IMG/VR virus record: IMGVR_UViG_3300048834_000246
Location: 3,969 to 67,968 of that record
DNA length: 64,000 bases
Strand: one strand, 5' to 3'
DNA from: a virus
Under the pieces are notes generated by a model that had not been told where the DNA came from, searched no databases, and worked only from the letters and a program-made list of their open reading frames with translations. Numbering within the stretch: the stretch's first letter is position 1; each line of letters begins with the position of its first letter. Below, one piece after another: positions 56,929 to 64,000 of this stretch. The position numbers and the translations under genes were made by a program.

Positions 56929-57324
56929 TTACTTACTCCTATTCAATGAATACGTGCCGTCTTCCCATTGAGTACAGCCAAACGACTCCACATAGTTTTT
57001 AAGTTCGACACTGTTTGCCGCGAGTCCTTTGCTTCGATAAGCGCGACGAGCGTGCAGATAACACTCTCCTTCCATGCGCTGATACACCCCTCCGACCAAG
57101 CCGTTATTATCACAACCAATCGTGTGCATAATCGGTGAATCCGGGTAGCCGTCTTCTCCTTCATTGTAGGCCCACCGTTGACATTCGGTATTCGGCTTAC
57201 CGACACGAGTAACAGTAATAGTCACACCCTGACCATACGCTTCGGGGTTTGGATTGGTTGCCAAGAGATAAAACCCCCCAACCATAATCACCAACCACGC
57301 AATCACAATCAACAGCTTTTTCAT
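56929..57324 (-). CDS. secreted or membrane-anchored protein
   Basis: MKK plus hydrophobic signal; four Cys. Confidence 0.75.
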   Translation of the reverse strand: MKKLLIVIAWLVIMVGGFYLLATNPNPEAYGQGVTITVTRVGKPNTECQRWAYNEGEDGYPDSPIMHTIGCDNNGLVGGVYQRMEGECYLHARRAYRSKGLAANSVELKNYVESFGCTQWEDGTYSLNRSK

Positions 57325-57349
57325 TCGTTCTCCCTTTCTTGTTACTACA

Positions 57350-57378
57350 AGTGTAAACGACTACGAGTCAAATGTCAA
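57350..57378 (-). promoter_or_regulatory. sigma70 promoter
   Basis: TTGACA-17-TACACT. Confidence 0.75.
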
Positions 57379-57387
57379 AGGGTTTTG

Positions 57388-57507
57388 CTATGAACCGAGG
57401 ACATATCCTAAGATGAACAGAAGTACCCCGGCTACCCCAATAAAACCCCAAGCAAGAATGATATTTCTATTCCCTGGACCTTCATCAGGTGGTTGATAAA
57501 AGCTCAC
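57388..57507 (-). CDS. small single-TM protein (39 aa)
   Basis: AGGAG upstream of GTG 57507; hydrophobic C-terminus. Confidence 0.55.
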   Translation of the reverse strand: MSFYQPPDEGPGNRNIILAWGFIGVAGVLLFILGYVLGS

Positions 57508-57529
57508 CTCTACTCCTATCGCCGGGGAG

Positions 57530-58236
57530 TTACCCGGCGATGCTTTTAGCTCCGTTGATATTGAACTTCCGACCCTCGGAAAGTCCAGACGCATAGCCAG
57601 AATTGTTTGCGACACGCTGTTGAATGTTTGACGTGCGCGGAAAGAACGTGCGGAACGCTTTCTTAGCTTCGTCTTCTTCAACGAGTACCAACGCACTCCC
57701 GCCAGAAAAGTCCTTTGCGGCTTGTCGTTTTGCTTCTTGAAGTGCCTGATTCAGTCCCGTAACCATTCCGTTGTAGAATGAATTCTTCCAAGACTTCTTT
57801 GAAACGTAGGGCCGAATACCTTCCTGCGTGTACCGGTACTCTCCAATCACCTCCACTTCTTTTTCAAGCCAAGCGAACATCGCTTTCGTTGCTTGAATAT
57901 ACTTCGGTGGCCCCACCCGGTCAATTTTGCGTTACCAGTATGTGAGATAACACAACAGAAGTTGTGGCGTGCCACAATGTTCAGCAAGGATCGACGCCAG
58001 TTTGCAACCGAGCCAATGGTTACATCCTCTTGAATGTGTGCCGTAGAATCATCACGACCCCCCAACCGAGCTCCCACATCAGCCAATTCCAAGCCGTACT
58101 TCGTGAGCAACCGCCCCATCGCATTTGCCGCCGCCTCCATTTCACCTTGCGTTGCCGCACGCTTATGAAGTTCCTGAATTTTCTCCATCTTGTTCAAGAT
58201 AGAATCCCAATTCAGTTCGACCGTTCCATCACTCAT
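57530..58236 (-). pseudogene. DUF2786-family protein split by a frameshift near 57915
   Basis: The N-half (KI..L...A...E..AA....L.KYGL, WRRSL...VA) and C-half (SFYNG...GL, GY..G..EG) lie in overlapping frames. Confidence 0.65.
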
Positions 58237-58262
58237 GCGCCTCTCCTTTTCTTGTTACACTC

Positions 58263-58291
58263 AGTATACACGACAATCAGTCAAGTGTCAA
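58263..58291 (-). promoter_or_regulatory. sigma70 promoter
   Basis: TTGACA-17-TATACT. Confidence 0.8.
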
Positions 58292-58749
58292 GGAGTAGGG
58301 CTTCTGAAAGCCCGATGATAATTGTTTAAATCATTTTCTTCGATAAATGCTACTCTAACCGTCCCATCTTCAATAGCGGTTACAATTCCATGACAATTAG
58401 AACAAAGAACAATACACTTATTCATTTCGTCACTCAACGATTTAATACTTCCATAGGAAAGTCCCCGAGACACATTAAATCGCTTATGCGTTCTGTCCAG
58501 GTGATGAAATTCCAACACAGCTAATCTCGTATCTCCACACATCACACACCCACCACTCTCACGTAAGCGAGTGAATACCAGTTCCACATTACGTAGTCTA
58601 TGAAAATCATTAGCTATGCCATGCTGATTTTTTGGTTGCATCTTTATTAAGTTTGAACACTTGATACAACTTTTTTTACGAATATACCCTCGTACTGTTG
58701 TAAATTCAGATAATGGTTTAGTCCCAGCACAATGAATACACGTTCTCAT
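58288..58749 (-). CDS. HNH endonuclease
   Basis: CIHC..KPLSEF..CIKC; CVMC..LEFHH..EMNKCIVLCSNCH; AT-rich. Confidence 0.85.
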   Translation of the reverse strand: MRTCIHCAGTKPLSEFTTVRGYIRKKSCIKCSNLIKMQPKNQHGIANDFHRLRNVELVFTRLRESGGCVMCGDTRLAVLEFHHLDRTHKRFNVSRGLSYGSIKSLSDEMNKCIVLCSNCHGIVTAIEDGTVRVAFIEENDLNNYHRAFRSPTP

Positions 58750-58796
58750 TTACGACCCCCGCTACTATAAACACACAATATTATAGAATATAATCT

Positions 58797-58918
58797 CCGC
58801 GCCCCGAATTGGTCAATATTGTGGGGTAAAAGTCCGCGCCCCATTTTCTAGAAAAATTGCCGCGCCCCAAATTCGGGTTTAGAAAAAAAGTCAAAAGCTG
58901 TAGAAAAAAAGCCGCGCC
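58797..58918. repeat. four CCGCGCC direct repeats with A/T-tract flanks, preceding an AT-rich tract
   Basis: Copies near 58797, 58834, 58860 and 58912. Confidence 0.7.
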
Positions 58919-59423
58919 AGAAATTGAAGACTTCAAAAAAAGTGCATTATCGTACTATGGAGCCAAAAAATAAGATAAGAATGTAGTACATAAGCGTATA
59001 GCAACATCTATGTATATACTGCATACTACACTAGTAGGTAATACCTACTATACATAGTATGTATACACACATATATACTATATAAGAAAAAAAAGGAAGA
59101 AAAGAGGGGAAAATCCAATCAGCAACCCAATTCCAATCAACAGAATTTCTAATTTTTTTTTGATTAAGTGAGCAATAAATCCAGGGGAAATAACTAAACT
59201 TAATATAATTAGGAAATATAAGTAAATAACCTAATATAGAAAACTTAAGATATAACCTTAAACTTAAGGTAAACTTAATCTAAATTAACCCCCCGGAAAT
59301 ACATGAAGCGCTAGCGCTAGCGCTATTATAAATTATTAGGAAATAAACACAAGAGGATGGTTAAGACCAAACAAAACAAAAAACTTTAAAAAAAATAAAA
59401 ATCGGGAAAACCAGGCCGCGAGA

Positions 59424-59752
59424 ATTGGTCCGACAACCGAACCAATTTTCCCAGGTTGTTCATTGGTCCGACCAATATACCAATTTTCAAAATTGGTTCA
59501 TTGGTCCGACAACTGGACCAATTTTCCAGGTTGTTCATTGGTCATACCAATATACCAATTTTTCCAGGTTGTACATTGGTAGGACAACTAGACAAATTAC
59601 CTGGATTGGTTCGGTTGTCCTACCACCGGACCAATTTTCAAAATTGGTACATTGGTATGACCAATAAACCAATTTTTCCAACTGAGAAAATTGGTCTGAC
59701 CAATGTACGATTTGGTACTCGCATGGAAATTGGTCCGGACAACATTGGTTCG
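59424..59752. repeat. array of ATTGGT-N3-AC(C/A)A(A/C)T palindromes, about 38-bp period, 9 units
   Basis: Units at 59424, 59462, 59500, 59537, 59575, 59613 (inverted), 59651, 59690, 59728. Confidence 0.9.
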
Positions 59753-60239
59753 AACATATCGCGTATATCCTGGTAATCGTCCGAACATTTAAACCCGTGC
59801 TAACGAGGTGAGAGACACAGACACAGACACAGACACAGAGAAACCTGGGTAGCGTCTGTACCCTGGTTCGTGTGTCACCTCGTTACCTGGCCAGAGACAA
59901 AACCCCTAAAACCGCATACTCTAAACGTTTCACACAGTGAAACTATGTCTGTAACGCGTGAAAACCGCCCTGGTTCGCGTTTACCCCTAAAACCGCACAA
60001 ACATACCCTAACGCGGTTTAACCTCGTTAGGGTGTCTTTCTGCGTGTCTGATAATGTGTCTGTGTCTCACCTCGTAACGGTTTCTGTGTTTCGGGGTTTA
60101 GGCTGTACCCCGGTTTCGGGGTAAACCCGTGTACGGGGGTTCCCTGGTTCCCTGGTTACGAGGTGAGAGACACAGAGAAACCCCTAACCCGTAGGGGTTA
60201 GGGGTTCGCGGGTTACGCGGGTTACGCGGGTTACGCGGG

Positions 60240-62462
60240 TTACGCGAACGATAGTTGTACTGGGGTTTCGTTCCACACCCTACTGCTGTAGCGGTTTTGA
60301 TATGCACGATGATTGCGTATCACCGATGCCACATCATACCCAGCGTTAGCGGTTTCTTCATCGTTTCGCGGCTGTGTGTGTGCATATCGCCCGTCAAGTC
60401 TCACATACGAAGAGTATCCGCTATACCCGAACATTGACAGGCTACGCGGTTTACAGACGGTGCAATAGGCGCCGTCTTCAAAACGCGAACGAGGTTCGCC
60501 ACAATGTAAACACGGGGTAGCGTTCATGCACTCGTTACACAGTGGCGTGCTGTCGGTTTCATCGCCGCACATTTCACAGTGCGTTGCGTAACACGCTGGG
60601 CATACGTCACCCGACAACTCCGCGTGCCATTGCAAAACGTCTGCGTCGTTTTGCAATTCCCCACACTGCGAACACGTAGACGTATCCGCACAGACTTCAC
60701 AGAGATTGCGATAATCGCCCGTAACGGTTTCTCGTTCCTCGGTGCTGTACTCGTACTCCCCACACGATTCACAGATACCGCTACCGTAGCAGTCTTCACA
60801 GAGATAATCGCCGTGCGGGGTAAACATATCGTCGCGGTCGCCCGTGTACCCGCACTGCGAACACTCTACCCCGGTAACTTCATAGTTACCGTCTGTGCCA
60901 GTGAGACTGCGGAAACCGACACTGTAGAACGCCTGAAGACGTTCTAAACCGGGGTGGAAGTATGCATACGAGTCCATATAAGGGTAATACCCCGTTTCGG
61001 ACGGTTTCATATGCAACCAGGACTGATATACCCGCGTGCTGTACCCGTGTTCGGATGCAAACGCGTTAATCGCCGCCGTTACGGTTTCGTTACCGTAAAT
61101 GCGATCTATGTAACGGTCGCCGTTCGGGGTAGTCCATAACAGAGAACGTCCGTAAATGGTTCGATCTTCATCGACGCAAACGAGGATAGAAACCGTGCCA
61201 GGGTTTTCCGCGTACCATCGTACATAGTCTTGTGCATAGCCGTATCGCATACACGAACCGTGTAGCGAACCAGTCGTAATCCCGCGAACATAGTTACCCT
61301 CGTGATACGCGTACAGAATGTCATCTCCGGACCATTCTTCGATATGTGTCGGTAGCGGGGTAAACGCTTTCGTAAACCGATGCGCTACGGTTTCGATTGT
61401 GGCGTCTGTCACCGCGATGTTAAGTGTGTTAACCAGTTTTCGTAGAAACCGCCCGTACTTCATTTTCTTTCGGGGTACGGTAGCGGGTTTCGTATCCTCG
61501 TTATACGAAACGTACCCGTCGTCATTGCATCGAAACGCGTACCCGATAGCCGGTGGTATCGAGTTACATACGAGGTCAATCACCTCGTACTCGGCTTCTG
61601 TGTACACGTCCCGCATAAGTGCATCACGAAGGTCGTACACGTCGGGGTTAATCCACTGTCTAATAAACGTACCCGAACCAGGAAACGCTAGGTGATTCTC
61701 ACCCAAGACGGTTTCGCCGTGATTAATCGCCGCATACGCGTATGACGGACCATACACGGGGTCATTGACGGTGCGAACACGCAAGCTATAGACGCGATTA
61801 GCGTCTGTCATTTTCCGATACCCCGAACCCGCTACCGTGTCTTCCCCGAACACGAACACAGACGGGGTAAAACACGCGTCAAAATATGTTTGTATCGCAC
61901 CCTTAGCGGCGTATGTCGCGTCCTCGTATGTCGTCAACGATGGTGCAGAAACGCGCCAGAGGGACGGTAAAACCGCGTCACGTACAAACGTGTACGCGTG
62001 CTGGGTGACCAGCACGGGGTAGGGGTCTTCATATGACCTCCGTGCGGGTTCATCAAACACAGTGATCGTTACCGCATGATTGTCTTTATCTGTAGCGGTT
62101 TTACGCGTGACGATAAACGACCGGTGCCCGCTAGGTTGCAGCGTGAAACCGGTTTCCTGGTTCCACAATTCCGACACGGAAACCCCGTCACCGAACGAAC
62201 CTACATACGCGGTCGCCGCGGTGCGAACGTCGGGGTACTGCGTGTAATCGAGGGTCGTAACGGTTTCGAACGTTTGAAACAGTTGCATGCTTTTCACCTC
62301 GTTAGACGTGTTCGCGGTTTCGTTCGTGAATCCGGTTTCGTTCGCGTTCATTTGTTTTGCCTCCGTTTCTGTGTTCGCGTTTTCGCATTTTTCCGAACAG
62401 AAGTAGCTATACGGTCTAGTGACCTCGTTTCCACATGTCGGGCAGGTCGGTTCTTCGTTCAT
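60240..62462 (-). CDS. SCM/DRIYG/PYMD-motif protein with Zn-ribbon repeats (paralog of 54940-56457)
   Basis: GSLHGSCMRY, GRSLLW, DRIYG, YPYMDSY; many CxxC pairs. Confidence 0.8.
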   Translation of the reverse strand: MNEEPTCPTCGNEVTRPYSYFCSEKCENANTETEAKQMNANETGFTNETANTSNEVKSMQLFQTFETVTTLDYTQYPDVRTAATAYVGSFGDGVSVSELWNQETGFTLQPSGHRSFIVTRKTATDKDNHAVTITVFDEPARRSYEDPYPVLVTQHAYTFVRDAVLPSLWRVSAPSLTTYEDATYAAKGAIQTYFDACFTPSVFVFGEDTVAGSGYRKMTDANRVYSLRVRTVNDPVYGPSYAYAAINHGETVLGENHLAFPGSGTFIRQWINPDVYDLRDALMRDVYTEAEYEVIDLVCNSIPPAIGYAFRCNDDGYVSYNEDTKPATVPRKKMKYGRFLRKLVNTLNIAVTDATIETVAHRFTKAFTPLPTHIEEWSGDDILYAYHEGNYVRGITTGSLHGSCMRYGYAQDYVRWYAENPGTVSILVCVDEDRTIYGRSLLWTTPNGDRYIDRIYGNETVTAAINAFASEHGYSTRVYQSWLHMKPSETGYYPYMDSYAYFHPGLERLQAFYSVGFRSLTGTDGNYEVTGVECSQCGYTGDRDDMFTPHGDYLCEDCYGSGICESCGEYEYSTEERETVTGDYRNLCEVCADTSTCSQCGELQNDADVLQWHAELSGDVCPACYATHCEMCGDETDSTPLCNECMNATPCLHCGEPRSRFEDGAYCTVCKPRSLSMFGYSGYSSYVRLDGRYAHTQPRNDEETANAGYDVASVIRNHRAYQNRYSSRVWNETPVQLSFA

Positions 62463-63233
62463 TTGTTACACCCCGTGTCACTTTGTTACTTTGTGCCGAA
62501 ACCCGACACAAAACGAGGATAAACGAAAACCGGACAAAATGTCAATCTATGCGACCTGGTTTCGGTTTTGTTCGCTTATATGGAAGATACCTCGAAACCC
62601 TGGCCAGACTGAAGCTATCACCTCGTTACTGATATATCGTCTCATTAAGGCTACATCACCCTGGTTTTCACTCCGAAACACGCGTAAACCGTCTGTAAAT
62701 GAAGTAGGGGTATCCGCAGGTCAAATGACACGCGTACACGTTTACAACGCGTCTACGGTGCCTTAAAACGCGTTCTAGGGGTATATCCGGTTGACTGCGT
62801 GTCTGTGTTTCCTGGTTTTAGACGGTTTCGGGGTTTTAGCCTACTTCGGGAAAATAGGCGAAACCGGACTGCCTGGTACGTTTTATGCGGTCGTTACCTG
62901 GTTTTAGCTTAGAAGTATCAGAACCCGCGAAAACCGCGTAGCGTGTTTACCGCGTTTTCTGTGTTCTCTAACCCTGGTTCTAACGAGGTGAGATACAAAA
63001 CCCGAAACCGTTACACACTGTGTAGCGGTTTCGGGTTTCCTGGTTTCGGCGTCACCTCGTTACCGTCGTTTCAATTGACAGAGTGTCCATAGGTCATCTG
63101 ATACGTGCAAACCGGATAACGCGTCTACGGTGCCTTAAAACGCGCCACAGACGCATAGCGGGGTTTCTAACGAGGTAAAAACAAGCACATTTTACCAGGC
63201 AAATTACCGCTTAATGACAGTACCTCTGTCTTT

Positions 63234-63262
63234 TGTGGATATGTGGATAACTTTGTTGATAA
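63234..63262 (-). promoter_or_regulatory. cluster of three DnaA-box-like sites
   Basis: TGTGGATAT, TGTGGATAA (perfect TTATCCACA on the - strand) and TGTTGATAA. Confidence 0.6.
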
Positions 63263-63884
63263 CAATAGTTCTTTATCTCATTGTATAGAATAGTTGTGTA
63301 GCAGCTACTTAAGTATATCCTGGTTATGATTCACTACTCTAATGTTCCGATGTACACAGGGTTCAATACCCTAATGATTTACCCTGGTAACTATCGCCCG
63401 GTTACTATCGCCTGGTTACAATTAGGGTATAGAACGTTTCGGTATCCGTAGGGGTTTTGTACACTAGGCTTAGTATTGTTTCGTTACTTATCCCTGGTTA
63501 CATATTTGTGCTAGTCGCCTGGTTTCGCCTGGTTCTCTGTGTTCTCTGTGTTCTCTGTCCTCGTTACTGCCTGGTTACTATCGCCTGGTTTCGGTTTCGG
63601 TTTCGAGGTATCGCCTGGTTCGGGGTACGTAGGGGTTTAGGTTCGCGGGGTATCTGGCACTCTGTGAAACGAGGTTGATAAAGCGTGCTATACGTAGGGT
63701 TTAGGGTAAAGACTTATCAGGACAAATAAAACAAATTGGTACGCAGGATTGGTACTACTTCTAAACAAGTTAACTAGTTTACTATTTACAGACGCCTATA
63801 CGGTTATATTTAGATATCAGCATATCGTGATATTCATATCATCATATCATCATATCTAGATATACATATATCTTCATATTGTTT

Positions 63885-64000
63885 ATTGGTATGACCAATT
63901 AACAGCTGGCCTGGGCCTGGTACCGGGTCTGACCAATGTACACATATTGTCAGTATGTGTATTGGTAGGACCACTTATGTCAAATTGGTCAATTGGTAGG
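63885..64000. repeat. second ATTGGT-N3-ACCAAT array (runs off the window edge)
   Basis: ATTGGTATGACCAAT at 63885, GGTCTGACCAAT near 63926, ATTGGTAGGACCAC at 63961. Confidence 0.8.

Noticed and set aside
59424-59752. CRISPR array
   Set aside because: The period is only about 38 bp and the intervening sequences are themselves repetitive, with no unique spacers; the Cas4-like gene sits in the recombination module
59425-60307. Short ORFs in the repeat region
   Set aside because: They are translations of DNA repeats and lack an RBS

Overview
This window is about 64 kb of a tailed dsDNA phage (siphovirus-type), probably temperate since it carries a tyrosine integrase and an XRE regulator. From left to right: (1) extra virion-type genes with a long T/A/G-rich repeat protein (1-4.1 kb). 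(2) A 4-kb RNA operon driven by a consensus sigma70 promoter, holding 16 canonical tRNAs, 2 degenerate tRNAs, an 83-nt tmRNA-like acceptor domain with no mRNA-like domain, about 6 unexplained structured RNA elements and 2 HNH genes (4.1-8.1 kb). (3) Nucleotide enzymes and a primase-helicase (- strand). (4) Terminase, portal, capsid, tail and lysis genes (+ strand, 12.8-35.8 kb), with a -1 frameshift in the tail chaperone. (5) A - strand replication and early region: RNR, PAPS-reductase-like protein, UDG-PolA fusion, SNF2 helicase with a class 3 intein, integrase, RtcB, M28-like peptidase and two paralogous SCM/PYMD proteins with Zn-ribbon tails. (6) A 5-kb, mostly non-coding right end built from nested repeat arrays (ATTGGT-N3-ACCAAT at about 38-bp period, CCTGGTT, TAACGAGGTGA, DnaA boxes) surrounding one gene. 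All calls come from reading the sequence and recalling motifs; no database search or folding program was run.
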